A DNA stretch of 64,000 nt from Nitrospinaceae bacterium (GCA_965223665.1 OZ245011.1:480001-544000), one strand, 5' to 3'. Shown: positions 1-11,972, counted from the stretch's first letter. Notes: a model not told the origin generated them from the sequence alone. Translations and numbers: made by a program.

Positions 1-16
1 ATAATATTTAAAATAA

Positions 17-53
17 TATAAAAAGCCCTCCTTATAAAAATAATGAGGGCTTT
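17..53 (-). terminator. Intrinsic terminator downstream of the Mrp/PCP_red gene pair (possibly bidirectional)
   Basis: Inverted repeat AAAGCCCTC(22-30)/GAGGGCTTT(45-53), with an A-run on the left and a T-run on the right. Confidence 0.65.
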
Positions 54-81
54 GTTTTTTGAAATAGGGTTTTATGAGAAG

Positions 82-516
82 TCACATTCCAACCTTTTCT
101 CGAACTTCATCCATAAGAGCGGCATCAATAACTTTTATTCCCCGATCTCTCGCAAAATTAAGAACAGTTTTTTTAGCCATTCCTCTCACGAAAAAAGGTA
201 CTTTTTGAATTCGGTCTTTCGCTTCTTGTGTCCATTCGAAGGCTTCATCAGGAAGAGGTTTTTTGATTTCCTCCTTTCCCTGAGCTAAAGCGGAACCTAA
301 AACACCCATAGGCTGGGTAGAAATATCAGACGCTCCACCGGCTTCCACCCCTAATTTACTAACAAATTCAGTTTCAAATTTATTGGTCAACATAGCAATC
401 ATATGACCACATTTTTTACATTTAAATTTTAACGCAATGGCTTTCCCCTCTTCGGGCATAATGCCATCGGTTTGGGTATCCATTTGTTCATCGCAAGGTA
501 TACAAAGAAATTTCAT
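82..516 (-). CDS. Cys4 (zinc-ribbon/rubredoxin-like) + PCP_red-domain protein
   Basis: N-terminal CIPC...CKKC. C-terminal WTQEAKDRIQKVPFFVRGMAKK..LNFARDRG resembles the BchB/ChlB C-terminal PCP_red domain. RBS GAGG upstream. Confidence 0.75.
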   Translation of the reverse strand: MKFLCIPCDEQMDTQTDGIMPEEGKAIALKFKCKKCGHMIAMLTNKFETEFVSKLGVEAGGASDISTQPMGVLGSALAQGKEEIKKPLPDEAFEWTQEAKDRIQKVPFFVRGMAKKTVLNFARDRGIKVIDAALMDEVREKVGM

Positions 517-533
517 TACTTTTCCTCACAGGA

Positions 534-1418
534 TTATTTTTCTAAGAATTTAATAATATTATTTACGCTGTCCTTAATGGCTTTTCCAGCCACAGAATCA
601 GGATGCTCCGTATAAAACAATTTGCCAGATCCCGTTTGTTTCGAAACCCGAGTATCAAAAGGGATACGTCCAATAAAGGGAATTCCTTTCTTTTTCGAAA
701 GTTCTTCCACATTTTCTCCCTCAAATAGCGTTCCTTCTTCATTACAGTGAGGACATACATAAGTTGCCATATTCTCCACTAAGCCAATGATGGGAACTCC
801 CAATTCTGTATTTTTTGTAATAGACTTAGAGACAATATGTTGAGAAATTAGAGAAGGAATTGTTATTTCGACTACCCCTCCCAATTCCGGAATCAAATCA
901 CGAATATTATCTATTCGATCACTTCCCGGAGGCATGTCAATTAATAGAAAATCCAATTCATCCCAAACCGTATCCGCCAATAATTCACGAAGCGCAGTAC
1001 ATTCCATAGTACTAACCCAAACTGCACTTGCTTCTTTTCCCTCGGTCCACATTACAGGTGAATCAGGGTTTGGGAGTAACATGTCCATAGACATAATTTT
1101 TATGCCACCGGCACCTTGTCCTGGATGAACGCCTTGCTCATCTACCTTTAATTTTTCTGAGTTTGAAACTCCTAGTAAATTACCTATACTGGGACCATTC
1201 AGGTCCGCGTCCAAAATCCCTACTTTATATCCTTGAGATACCAAACAGGCGGCAATATTTGCAGTAATGGAACTTTTCCCCACTCCGCCTTTTCCACTCA
1301 TCAGAGAAATTTTGTATTTAATTTTATCGAGTCTATCCCGAAGTTTCTCTCTCTGGCTAACTACCTGTTCTATAATTCCCGAACCACCGTCAGAAGCCAG
1401 ATCTTCGTAAGATTTCAT
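534..1418 (-). CDS. Mrp/ApbC/NBP35-family P-loop ATPase (Fe-S cluster carrier-like)
   Basis: Deviant Walker A SGKGGVGKS, DADLNGPS, DMPPG, ENM..YVCPHC. RBS AGGAG. Confidence 0.85.
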   Translation of the reverse strand: MKSYEDLASDGGSGIIEQVVSQREKLRDRLDKIKYKISLMSGKGGVGKSSITANIAACLVSQGYKVGILDADLNGPSIGNLLGVSNSEKLKVDEQGVHPGQGAGGIKIMSMDMLLPNPDSPVMWTEGKEASAVWVSTMECTALRELLADTVWDELDFLLIDMPPGSDRIDNIRDLIPELGGVVEITIPSLISQHIVSKSITKNTELGVPIIGLVENMATYVCPHCNEEGTLFEGENVEELSKKKGIPFIGRIPFDTRVSKQTGSGKLFYTEHPDSVAGKAIKDSVNNIIKFLEK

Positions 1419-1697
1419 TATTGAACTCCTTCAAACAATCTAAATATTTAAAATAGCTATGTCCCTATATATTTAGGTTTAATCATATATAAAATTCTTT
1501 TTATTGCAAAGGTTTAGTTTTTTGGGTTAAGGGCCTTGCCAGTTTTTCAATAGGTTTTATATTTCTATATGAAGATTAATTTTTTCCTAAAGGAGATGGT
1601 AAAGGAGCATGACTCCACCAGACAATTTAATTAAAGTAAAAAATTAGATATTCATATATAAATATGAATAAACAAGAAGTTTTTCTTGTGATTAATT

Positions 1698-1736
1698 GAA
1701 AAATTCGTTGGATCCTCACCAGCGAATTTTTCTTTT
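1698..1736 (+). terminator. Orphan intrinsic terminator in the mrp/truA divergent intergenic region
   Basis: GAAAAATTCGTTGG(1698-1711)/CCAGCGAATTTTTC(1719-1732) 14-bp stem (one G-U), followed by TTTT. Confidence 0.55.
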
Positions 1737-1865
1737 CTAGTTCGTTAAAACCATCTAAAACCACTTTATATTGTTTTATCCTTTCTTAATAATTCCCATT
1801 CATTCAGGTTTCAATAGTATGATTAGTTCCTTTAACACTTTGTATTAAAGCTTGTTAAATTTCAC

Positions 1866-2627
1866 ATGCGTAAAATAAAAATTATATTGGAATATGAGGG
1901 GACTCAATATTGTGGTTGGCAATATCAACCGGATAGATTGTCCATACAGGAGGTTTTGGAAAAATGTTTAGAAAAAATCACCAAAGTAAAAACGGCCGTT
2001 GTGGGTTCGGGACGGACTGATTCCGGGGTCCATGCGAAAGGACAGGTGGCTCATTTTTTAACTGAATCTAAGATGACAGAACATCAATTTCAGAAAGCTC
2101 TTAATAGTCTGTTACCTCATGACATTGTGGTTCAACAAACTAAAGAAGTAGATATGAAATTTCATTCTAGAAAGTCTGCAACCAGGAAGCTTTATCGCTA
2201 CACGATTTTAAATCGTGATTATCCTTCTGCTTTAAATTGTCGTTATTCTCATTATATTGCTTCCCCTTTAAAGATAAGTGCCATGAGACAGGCAGCTAAA
2301 GAATTCCTGGGTAAGAAAGATTTTGCTTCGTTTCAAGGAGCCGGCTGTGAAGCCAAGAGTTCAGTCAGAGAAATTTATAAATTTACAATTTCAAAGGAAG
2401 AAAACTGGATTGAAATCAATATTATTGGAAGTGGTTTTTTAAAACATATGGTGAGAAATTTGGTTGGAACATTAATTGAGGTTGGGCTGGGTAAGTGCGA
2501 TGCTCAATCTGTTAGAGCCATTCTGAAGGCGAGAGATAGAAATAAAGCAGGGCCTACAGCTCCTGCACGAGGGCTGTGTCTGGTAAAAGTAAGCTATAAA
2601 AAAGGCAAAACAAAGAAAAAAGAATGA
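1866..2627 (+). CDS. truA: tRNA pseudouridine(38-40) synthase
   Basis: EYEGTQYCGWQ, GSGRTDSGVHA, GFLKHMVR, TAPARGL motifs. Confidence 0.97.
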   Translation: MRKIKIILEYEGTQYCGWQYQPDRLSIQEVLEKCLEKITKVKTAVVGSGRTDSGVHAKGQVAHFLTESKMTEHQFQKALNSLLPHDIVVQQTKEVDMKFHSRKSATRKLYRYTILNRDYPSALNCRYSHYIASPLKISAMRQAAKEFLGKKDFASFQGAGCEAKSSVREIYKFTISKEENWIEINIIGSGFLKHMVRNLVGTLIEVGLGKCDAQSVRAILKARDRNKAGPTAPARGLCLVKVSYKKGKTKKKE

Positions 2628-2705
2628 AGTCTCTAATTCCTTCCGGATAATTGCTGTATAATATCGCCTCCCAAAATTGTTAACAAAGTTAAAGAAAATT
2701 ACATT

Positions 2706-3794
2706 ATGAAAAACGAATATTCAATTGTTGTATTGCCTGGAGATGGTATAGGTCCTGAAGTCATCCGAGAAGCACAAAAAATAATCAAAGTAATCGAATC
2801 TAAACTCAACCTGAAAATTAATGCCGAAGAGAAGCTTGTTGGTGGAGCAGGGTACGATGCTACGGGCCACCCTCTACCAGATGAAACCCTTCAATCGGCT
2901 AAAAAAGCGGATGCAGTATTGTTAGGTGCTGTGGGTGGTCCCAAGTGGGAGACTATTGATTTTTCTTTAAGACCGGAAAGAGCTTTACTAGGTTTGAGAT
3001 CTCAATTGGGGTTATTTGCCAATCTTCGTCCAGCAAAGATTTTTCAAGCTTTGGCCCATGCCTCTACATTAAAGTCTGAAGTCGTAGAAGGGTTAGATAT
3101 TTTAGTGGTTAGAGAACTGACGGGTGGAATTTATTTTGGTGAACCAAGAGGAGTGGAGACCTTAAGTGACGGTTCAAAAAAAGGATTAAATACTTTAGTT
3201 TATACTCAATCTGAAGTTGAAAGAATTGCAAAGGTAGCTTTTGATGTTGCAAGAAAACGAAGTAATAAAGTTTGTTCGATTGACAAGGCCAATGTTTTGG
3301 AATGTACCGGATTTTGGCGCGAGGTAGTGACTGGAGTCCATAAGAATTATAGTGATGTTGAATTAAGCCATATGTATGTTGACAATTGCGCAATGCAATT
3401 GGTGAGATGGCCCAAGCAGTTTGACGTAATTCTTACCACAAACATGTTTGGAGATATATTGAGTGACCAAGCCTCTATGCTTACAGGATCAATTGGAATG
3501 TTACCTTCAGCGAGTTTAGGGGGGAGTACTGCAATGTATGAACCTATTCATGGAAGCGCTCCTGATATTGCTGGAAAAGATATTGCGAATCCATTAGCAA
3601 CCATCCTTTCAGTTGGTATGATGTTTAAATATTCCTTTGATCGAGAGGAAGTCAACTCGGCAATTGAGTCGGTTGTGGAATCTGTTTTAGAGGATGGTTA
3701 TCGAACTAAAGATATTATGTCTGAAGGAATGAATGAAATTGGATGTGCTGCAATGGGTGATAAAGTAGCTGAAGCTTTGGAGAAAAATCTTTAA
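2706..3794 (+). CDS. leuB: 3-isopropylmalate dehydrogenase
   Basis: [40 protein letters not shown]. Confidence 0.97.
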   Translation: MKNEYSIVVLPGDGIGPEVIREAQKIIKVIESKLNLKINAEEKLVGGAGYDATGHPLPDETLQSAKKADAVLLGAVGGPKWETIDFSLRPERALLGLRSQLGLFANLRPAKIFQALAHASTLKSEVVEGLDILVVRELTGGIYFGEPRGVETLSDGSKKGLNTLVYTQSEVERIAKVAFDVARKRSNKVCSIDKANVLECTGFWREVVTGVHKNYSDVELSHMYVDNCAMQLVRWPKQFDVILTTNMFGDILSDQASMLTGSIGMLPSASLGGSTAMYEPIHGSAPDIAGKDIANPLATILSVGMMFKYSFDREEVNSAIESVVESVLEDGYRTKDIMSEGMNEIGCAAMGDKVAEALEKNL

Positions 3795-4801
3795 TGGAAA
3801 AGAAATTAAAATATAACGTAGCTGTTGTTGGGGCTAGCGGGGCAGTGGGAAGAACGATGATTTCCATTCTGGAGGAAAGAGATTTTCCTGTTAAGGAATT
3901 AAAGCTTCTGGCTTCAAAACGATCCGCAGGTTCCAAACTTCTATTTAAAAACCATGAAATTACTGTAGAAGAATTAAATAAGTCTTCCTTTGAAAATGTT
4001 GATATTGCATTGTTCTCCGCTGGAGCGACCATTAGTCGCGAATTTGCTCCGATTGCTGTTAAATCGGGGTGTGTTGTCATAGATAATAGCAGTGCTTTTC
4101 GAATGGATGAAAATGTTCCCTTGGTTGTACCAGAGGTGAACCCACATGCCATTGGTGAAAACCCAGAAATTATAGCCAATCCCAATTGTTCCACAATTCA
4201 AATGGTGGTAGCACTAAAACCCATCCATGATAATTATCATATCAATCGAGTTGTGGTTTCCACTTACCAATCAGTGTCAGGTTCAGGTCAAAAGGCCATA
4301 GAAGAACTAAAGAATCAGGCTGAAGATATTTTAAGTGAAAAGGCAATTGAAACGAAGGTATACCCTCACCAAATAGCTTTTAATTGTCTTCCTCATATAG
4401 ATGTATTTTTGGAAAATGGATATACCAAAGAAGAAATGAAAATGGTAAACGAAACCCAAAAAATTTTAGAGGATGACTCCATTGCTGTTTCGCCCACCAC
4501 TGTTCGAGTACCAGTATTTTATTCACATTCTGAAGCGATTAATGTTGAGGCCGATAAGGAAATTAACGTGGAAGAATTAAAAAATCTTTTATCAAATTCT
4601 AAGGGAATTTGTTTGGTGGATAATCCTGAAAATATTGAATATCCGCTAGCCACTCATGGGGCTGGGAAGGATGAGGTATTTATTGGCCGAATTCGAGGTG
4701 ATTTGAATAATCCCAAATCCGTTAATCTTTGGGTAGTTGCAGATAATTTACGGAAAGGGGCAGCACTAAATGCTGTTCAAATTGCAGAATTGCTAATATG
4801 A
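3794..4801 (+). CDS. asd: Aspartate-semialdehyde dehydrogenase
   Basis: GASGAVG, ANPNCST, YQSVSGSG, DNLRKGAALNAVQIAE. TAATG overlap with leuB. Confidence 0.97.
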   Translation: MEKKLKYNVAVVGASGAVGRTMISILEERDFPVKELKLLASKRSAGSKLLFKNHEITVEELNKSSFENVDIALFSAGATISREFAPIAVKSGCVVIDNSSAFRMDENVPLVVPEVNPHAIGENPEIIANPNCSTIQMVVALKPIHDNYHINRVVVSTYQSVSGSGQKAIEELKNQAEDILSEKAIETKVYPHQIAFNCLPHIDVFLENGYTKEEMKMVNETQKILEDDSIAVSPTTVRVPVFYSHSEAINVEADKEINVEELKNLLSNSKGICLVDNPENIEYPLATHGAGKDEVFIGRIRGDLNNPKSVNLWVVADNLRKGAALNAVQIAELLI

Positions 4802-4941
4802 ATAAAACTACTTATCCTAATTAGGAAAGATAGGGTTTTTGAATTATTTGAACTAACCTCTTCTTTACAAAAGCTTTAAATGATATAAAATTAATTATTT
4901 ACTGGTATTTTCCCTGATTTATTTTCCTAGGAAAACTGCAA

Positions 4942-7221
4942 ATGGCCGATGATTCTTCAACAAACCAACCTGACGAAATAGAACCTGATAAGGATCTTAA
5001 CAATCCGTCTTCTTTTGACCTCAATCAATTTAGAGAATTGATTGTGGTTGCTAGCCAGGAGCGTAAAAACCTCCAACTTTTGGTAGAGTATTTTGACAAT
5101 CAAACCCAAAAATTGGAAGAAAAACAGGAATTATTTGAGCAGTTTAGCCGTCAATTTCCTGAGACCTTAGAAAAATTTCAATCTATAAATGAAAGCGTTG
5201 GAGAAATCAAAGATATAGAGAACCGCGTACGAGATTTCCAAAAAGTCTCCAAAGAGTTGGAATCGAGCTATCAAGAATTAAAACGTGAATTGGATAATCT
5301 CCATATGTTAAGTGAACATGTGGACCAAAAAACTAAGGCTCTTGGCCAACAGAGAGGATTGGTAGAAAAAGCTAATGAAGATGCAGGTCGATTAAATGTC
5401 CTGGTTTGGGATATGGAATCGAAAATAAAAAAGCTTAAAGAGGAAAATAAGTTAATAAAAAATACGGATAGAAATGTCAACCGACTGGAATACATGTTAG
5501 AGGGAATTAGTAAGCAGGTTGAAGAGGTTGCTGGCTTTAAAGATATGATGAAGTCCAGTAGTAAAAATGTTGACGAAATGAAAAGTGTTATTAGCGAATT
5601 GGAATCTAAGTTAGAAAATCTTAGTCAAGAAAAAGAATTCTTGGAAAGCTACGCAAAGGATACTCATGATTTAAAGGAAACTTTAGATAATGTTCAGACC
5701 GATGCAGAAAAAATCCTTGGTCAAAATCAAATGGTCCAGGAAACATATGAGACTGTCCGGAAACTAATGCAAGATATTAAAGATTTGAAAATTGAATCAA
5801 AAAATATTTCTGTCAAAAATGAAATGATTCGAAGTATTAGTGGTCGTCTGCGTGATTTAGATGGAATGGCTGTTGAGGTAGAAAACAAGATTTCTAAAAT
5901 ACGCGATGACGGTAATATGATTCAAAGGACAGAAGAAAAAATCAATCGACTAAATACCTTTCTCATTGAGAACTTAAGTAACAAAATGAATATACTTAAG
6001 GAAGAGATGAAAAATATTGAGTCGGCAAATGACAAAATGAGCCGATTTAATGTGATTGCTGGGGAAGCTGAAGAGAAGGTTAAGCGATTTCAAGAAGAAA
6101 TTAAAAAAGCTGATCGTGTTTCCGAGTTGCTCATTAAAAATCAGGAATTGATGGAAAATACCCGGTTACAAATGGAAGAAATTTCCCGTCGGCAGCAATT
6201 GGTAGATCAGGTTGATAAAAAAATAAATGATTTGAGCTCTACGGTCATAAGCCTTGATGTCAAAATGGAATCACAAATGCAACGAAAGGCTTTAATTGAA
6301 AAATTAGAAAAAAAGGTTGATGGATTGGATTTCTTTATTGAGGAAGCAAACCTGAAAATTAATAAAGTTTCTAAAAAAATAGACTACTTGGAGAAGGTGG
6401 AAGAAAAATTAAATAACCTCGATAAAATGACAGAAGATATCGATAACAAAATTCTTGATATGACTAAGCAAAATGCAGCAATTGACGATCAAGAACGGCG
6501 TATGGGTAGTTTGAATTCTAAGCTTGGCTTATTGGAAGTTGAACTGGTTTCAAAAATTAAGGACCTGGAGGATTCCAAACAAGAAATATCCAATATTGAG
6601 GGAGTTCGTGATGACCTTGGGCAAATATTGGAAAATTTTGAGAAAAAATTTCAATCCATGAAAAAAGAGGAAGAGACGGTTGGTAAAACAGAAGAGCGTT
6701 TGAAAGAAATTGATCGAATTTATAGCGATTTAAAAATGAGACAGGAAATTCTTGAGGATAAAGAAGAAAATATCACGCATGCAGAGAAGAAAATACAATA
6801 TTTAGAAACTCTGGTATCTAATGTGGAAGATAAAATTGAGAAGATCGATAAAAGCCAAAGTAAAATTCAAAAAACTCAGTCGGCTGTTAATGAACTGGAG
6901 GGTTCAATAAGTAAGTTGACATCTGAAAAGAACCGGGTGGCTAAAGAACAGGAATATCTGGGAAAAGTATCATTTAAAATTGAAAAGCTAACATCAATTT
7001 TTGAAAGTGCTGAGGCACAAATTGAAGCGTTAGATAGTAAAATAAAGCAATTGGAGCAGGCAGAGAAGCGGATGAGCGCTTTGACAATAGTTTCTGAAGA
7101 TATCAATGTGAAGATCCAAACAATCAAAAAAGAATCGGACTTTATTGATAATTTGGGTCAACAGATTGCTGAATTAAAGTTTTTATTGAAGGAAATTGAT
7201 AGCCGAAAAAAAGAAAATTAA
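4942..7221 (+). CDS. Long coiled-coil protein with tandem 31-residue repeats, function unknown
   Basis: 759 aa, E/K/L/I rich. No Walker motif, TM segment or signal peptide. No Pro after about residue 73. Confidence 0.85.
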   Translation: MADDSSTNQPDEIEPDKDLNNPSSFDLNQFRELIVVASQERKNLQLLVEYFDNQTQKLEEKQELFEQFSRQFPETLEKFQSINESVGEIKDIENRVRDFQKVSKELESSYQELKRELDNLHMLSEHVDQKTKALGQQRGLVEKANEDAGRLNVLVWDMESKIKKLKEENKLIKNTDRNVNRLEYMLEGISKQVEEVAGFKDMMKSSSKNVDEMKSVISELESKLENLSQEKEFLESYAKDTHDLKETLDNVQTDAEKILGQNQMVQETYETVRKLMQDIKDLKIESKNISVKNEMIRSISGRLRDLDGMAVEVENKISKIRDDGNMIQRTEEKINRLNTFLIENLSNKMNILKEEMKNIESANDKMSRFNVIAGEAEEKVKRFQEEIKKADRVSELLIKNQELMENTRLQMEEISRRQQLVDQVDKKINDLSSTVISLDVKMESQMQRKALIEKLEKKVDGLDFFIEEANLKINKVSKKIDYLEKVEEKLNNLDKMTEDIDNKILDMTKQNAAIDDQERRMGSLNSKLGLLEVELVSKIKDLEDSKQEISNIEGVRDDLGQILENFEKKFQSMKKEEETVGKTEERLKEIDRIYSDLKMRQEILEDKEENITHAEKKIQYLETLVSNVEDKIEKIDKSQSKIQKTQSAVNELEGSISKLTSEKNRVAKEQEYLGKVSFKIEKLTSIFESAEAQIEALDSKIKQLEQAEKRMSALTIVSEDINVKIQTIKKESDFIDNLGQQIAELKFLLKEIDSRKKEN
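5296..7218 (+). repeat. About 20 degenerate 31-aa protein repeats plus a partial repeat
   Basis: From residue 119, 18 units of exactly 31 aa, one of 32 and one of 35, e.g. RLNVLVWDMESKIKKLKEENKLIKNTDRNVN / DLDGMAVEVENKISKIRDDGNMIQRTEEKIN / YLETLVSNVEDKIEKIDKSQSKIQKTQSAVN. Confidence 0.8.
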
Positions 7222-7333
7222 TTCATTGAAATAAATTGCATCCCAATTTGTTCCTTCACATTTAATTTTTTTAAATTCCCACCTGTAACAAAAATTCCCT
7301 TAAAACATTTTGCCCAAATTTGGAGGTTCTACT

Positions 7334-8191
7334 ATGGTAGAAAAAACATTAGGCGTGATCGGTGGAAGCGGTCTCTATAGTATGAAAGATTTAAAGGTAA
7401 TTGAAGAACGGTCTATAGAAACTCCATTTGGATCACCTTCAGATAAAATTGTGATTGGCGAAATCCAAAATACACGACTGGCATTTTTACCACGTCATGG
7501 AGTGGGGCATCGTATTTCTCCCTCCGAGATAAATTACCGCGCAAATATTTACGCCATGAAAAGTTTAGGTGTTGAAAGGATTATAAGTGTTAGTGCGGTT
7601 GGAAGTATGAAGGAAGAAATTGTTCCAGGGCACATAGTGCTTCCAGATCAATTTATCGATAGGACTTTTCGCCGAACAAGTACTTTTTTTACGGATGGGA
7701 TTGTAGGCCATGTAAGTTTAGCTGAACCGGTGTGTATGGAAGCGCACAAGCATGTTTCCAAATCCGCAAAGGAAGCTGGAGCTACTGTCCATTCCAAAGG
7801 GACCTACATATGTATTGAAGGACCACAATTTTCTACCCGGGGAGAGTCTCTGGTTTATCGAAGTTGGGGGGTAGAAGTGATTGGTATGACAAATGTAACT
7901 GAAGCAAAACTCGCACGCGAAGCGGGTCTTTGTTATGTTACTATTGCCCTGGCCACCGACTATGATTGTTGGCATGTTGAGGAAGAGCCAGTGACTTTAG
8001 AAGCCGTTATGGAAATTATGCATAATAATGTAGAATTGGCTCAGAAAATTTTAAAACAGTTAATTCAGGAACCCATATTAGATAGAAATTGTGGTTGTGG
8101 AGACGCAGCAAAAAATTCTATCGTTACTGACCGTAATAGGATTCCTCAATCAGTAAAAAATGATCTTGAACTCTTGCTAGGACCGTTATGA
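7334..8191 (+). CDS. mtnP: S-methyl-5'-thioadenosine phosphorylase
   Basis: [44 protein letters not shown] at 7334 follows GGAGG. Confidence 0.93.
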   Translation: MVEKTLGVIGGSGLYSMKDLKVIEERSIETPFGSPSDKIVIGEIQNTRLAFLPRHGVGHRISPSEINYRANIYAMKSLGVERIISVSAVGSMKEEIVPGHIVLPDQFIDRTFRRTSTFFTDGIVGHVSLAEPVCMEAHKHVSKSAKEAGATVHSKGTYICIEGPQFSTRGESLVYRSWGVEVIGMTNVTEAKLAREAGLCYVTIALATDYDCWHVEEEPVTLEAVMEIMHNNVELAQKILKQLIQEPILDRNCGCGDAAKNSIVTDRNRIPQSVKNDLELLLGPL

Positions 8192-9477
8192 ATCGTCATA
8201 AATCTGAAAAACTATTTGAGACTGCAAAACAATTTATTCCAGGTGGAGTAAACAGCCCGGTACGTGCATTTAAAGCCGTTGGGGGAAATCCTCTTTTTAT
8301 AGAAAAAGCTTCAGGTTCCAGAATATTTGATGTCGATGGTAATGAGTTTATTGACTATGTGGGGTCATGGGGGCCTCTTATTTTTGGACATTCTCATCCA
8401 AAAATTGTTGAGGCAATCACTCAATATGCCCAGTTGGGAACCAGCTTTGGGGCACCTACAGAATTAGAAACTACTTTAGCGAAAAAAGTGGTTGAATCGA
8501 TCCCCTCAATTGAAACCGTTCGAATGGTAAGTTCCGGAACCGAGGCAGTGATGAGTGCTATTCGGTTAGCCCGGGGGGTTACAGATAGGGATAAAATTGT
8601 AAAATTTGAGGGCTGTTATCATGGCCACGGGGATAGTTTGTTGGTTAAAGCTGGGTCAGGACTTTTGTCATTAGGGATTCCGGATTGTCCAGGCATTGTT
8701 GAAGACTTGGCAAAGAATACTTTGACACTTCCCTTTAATGGATCTTCACAAGTACAAGAATTGTTTGAAAAAGAAGGTCAGAATATTGCCTGCCTTATTG
8801 TAGAACCCGTTGGAGGGAATATGGGAGTGGTTCCTCCGCAACCGGGATTCTTGGAATTGTTAAGAGAGATTACAAAACAATACGGATCCATTTTAATATT
8901 TGATGAAGTAATCACAGGGTTTAGGGTTTCATTGGGAGGCGCTCAAAAGTTGTTTAATATTTCCCCTGACTTAACGTGCTTGGGAAAAATTATTGGAGGG
9001 GGCTTGCCAGTGGGAGCGTATGGAGGCAAAAAAGAATTAATGGATCATATTGCTCCAACGGGTTCAGTTTATCAAGCGGGTACATTATCTGGAAATCCTC
9101 TGGCAATGGCTGCTGGTAATGCAATGGTCGACCTGTTATCACAATCCGGTGTATATGATGATTTAGAGAATAAAAGCGATACTTTGTGTAAAGGATTTCA
9201 AGCTAATGTCCAGGAACTTGGGATACCGGCAAGCTTTACTCGGATTGGTTCCATGTTTTCCATGTTTTTTACCGATCAATCCATTGTAGATTTTGAATCC
9301 GTTAAAACGGCAGACTTAGAATTTTTTGCTCGTTATTTTAATGGGATGTTAGACGAAGGAGTCTATATTGCTCCTTCACAGTTTGAGGCTGGGTTTATGT
9401 CAGCTGCGCACTCTGAAGAGGATATTCAAAAAACAGTTGAAGCTAATTATAAAGCTTTAAAAAATGCAAAAAGCTAA
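8188..9477 (+). CDS. hemL: Glutamate-1-semialdehyde 2,1-aminomutase
   Basis: [43 protein letters not shown]. Confidence 0.97.
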   Translation: MNRHKSEKLFETAKQFIPGGVNSPVRAFKAVGGNPLFIEKASGSRIFDVDGNEFIDYVGSWGPLIFGHSHPKIVEAITQYAQLGTSFGAPTELETTLAKKVVESIPSIETVRMVSSGTEAVMSAIRLARGVTDRDKIVKFEGCYHGHGDSLLVKAGSGLLSLGIPDCPGIVEDLAKNTLTLPFNGSSQVQELFEKEGQNIACLIVEPVGGNMGVVPPQPGFLELLREITKQYGSILIFDEVITGFRVSLGGAQKLFNISPDLTCLGKIIGGGLPVGAYGGKKELMDHIAPTGSVYQAGTLSGNPLAMAAGNAMVDLLSQSGVYDDLENKSDTLCKGFQANVQELGIPASFTRIGSMFSMFFTDQSIVDFESVKTADLEFFARYFNGMLDEGVYIAPSQFEAGFMSAAHSEEDIQKTVEANYKALKNAKS

Positions 9478-9492
9478 TTGTAAAAAGGATAA

Positions 9493-10779
<1,287 letters not shown>

Positions 10780-10891
10780 AGTGTCTTAATTCATATATTT
10801 TTCAATAGGTTGAGTCGTCTTCACTAAATTTCAAATTGTGAAATTTAGAGGATATTTTTTAAGATAAATAATAAATTTTTTTGGTAAGGTT

Positions 10892-11191
10892 TTGAAGAAA
10901 CCCAATAAGGCTCAGACAACTTTTTATTTGAGTTTATTTATGTTTTTGTTGGTCCTTGTTGTAGCAACTTTTGGCGACAAGGGAGTGGTAACTGTTTATA
11001 AATTTAAGAGTGAACTCAATCAACTGAAAAGTTTAAATAAAAATCTCACCACAGAGAACCTAAAGCTGAAAAACGAAATTGCTGCTTTAAAATCCGACCC
11101 CTTTGCAGTTGAAAAGGTGGCCAGAGAAAAATTAAATCTGGTCAAGGCTGGAGAAGTTATTTATCAGTTTGTTCCCTCCTCAAAAAATTAG
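10892..11191 (+). CDS. ftsB: Septum formation initiator FtsB/DivIC
   Basis: TM helix, FGDKG, coiled coil, EKVAREKLNLVKAGE. Conserved position after eno. Confidence 0.85.
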   Translation: MKKPNKAQTTFYLSLFMFLLVLVVATFGDKGVVTVYKFKSELNQLKSLNKNLTTENLKLKNEIAALKSDPFAVEKVAREKLNLVKAGEVIYQFVPSSKN

Positions 11192-11687
11192 CCTGAAATG
11201 GCAATTAAAATTTTATTTTTACCCTTCCTGTTAATTTGTTAAAATTTAAAGTAATTTATTGAAAACAAAGGCCTTATGAAGATTTTTTTGTTTCTCATGG
11301 AAATTTTTAAAACCATTGAAAAATAGGCGCTTACACGGGTTGTTCCCTTCGATTTTGGAGTTATATGTGGGTTAAACTGCCAAAAAATCAAAAATTTCCA
11401 AGGATTTTTTCATTAACCTATTGATATTTTTGTAATAAATGGTAGAGTATATACATCCAAATAAATAGGGGGAAAACTTTGGAGGAGACAATACTCTGTA
11501 AAGAGAATCTCTGAAAAAGGGAATTAAGGTTCTTGGCGCCTTGAATCGAAAGCTAGTCAATATATTTATTTCAAGTTGCTTAAAGCATCTGGCAAATCTT
11601 ATTTCTAGCTGAAATTTCGTTTAGGTACAAAGTCCTAAATTCTTGAGAAAAATAGTTTTACTATCATTTCATTGATAAGGAGGAAGC

Positions 11688-11972
11688 ATGACCAAGCAAG
11701 ACATTATTAATCATGTTTCACAGGAAGCCAGCTTATCTCGTTCTAAAGCGGAAGAAGCAGTTGAAACTGTGATCAAATTGATTAAAGAGTCCCTGGGTCA
11801 AGGTGAACCAGTAATTTTACGTCGTTTTGGGACGTTTCAAGTGAAGCAAAAAACCAAACGGATGGGACGGAATCCAAAAACTGGAGAAGAGGCTGAAATT
11901 ACAGCCAGGAAAGTTGTGCGATTTAAGTCTGGTAAGCATTTTAAACAGGCTGTGAATGACGACGAAAATTAA
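11688..11972 (+). CDS. HU/IHF-family DNA-binding protein
   Basis: MTKQDII, FGTF, GRNPKTGEE, VRFKSGK. Strong RBS AAGGAGG. Confidence 0.95.
   Translation: MTKQDIINHVSQEASLSRSKAEEAVETVIKLIKESLGQGEPVILRRFGTFQVKQKTKRMGRNPKTGEEAEITARKVVRFKSGKHFKQAVNDDEN

Noticed and set aside
82-516. Photosynthesis gene (bchB/chlB)
   Set aside because: Only the small PCP_red domain is present. There is no nitrogenase-like body and no other bch genes
1591-1620. Fluoride riboswitch (GGAGATGG...ATGACTCC resemblance)
   Set aside because: Too short, lacks the P1/pseudoknot arrangement, and no fluoride-related gene is directly downstream
4942-7221. SMC/SbcC or chemoreceptor annotation for the coiled-coil protein
   Set aside because: No Walker A/B, signature motif, hinge, MCP hairpin motif or TM segments
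11590-11640. c-di-GMP-I riboswitch in the long HU/IHF leader (GGCAAA...GAAA...CAAAG)
   Set aside because: No stem closes the GAAA, and the second hairpin does not fit the consensus
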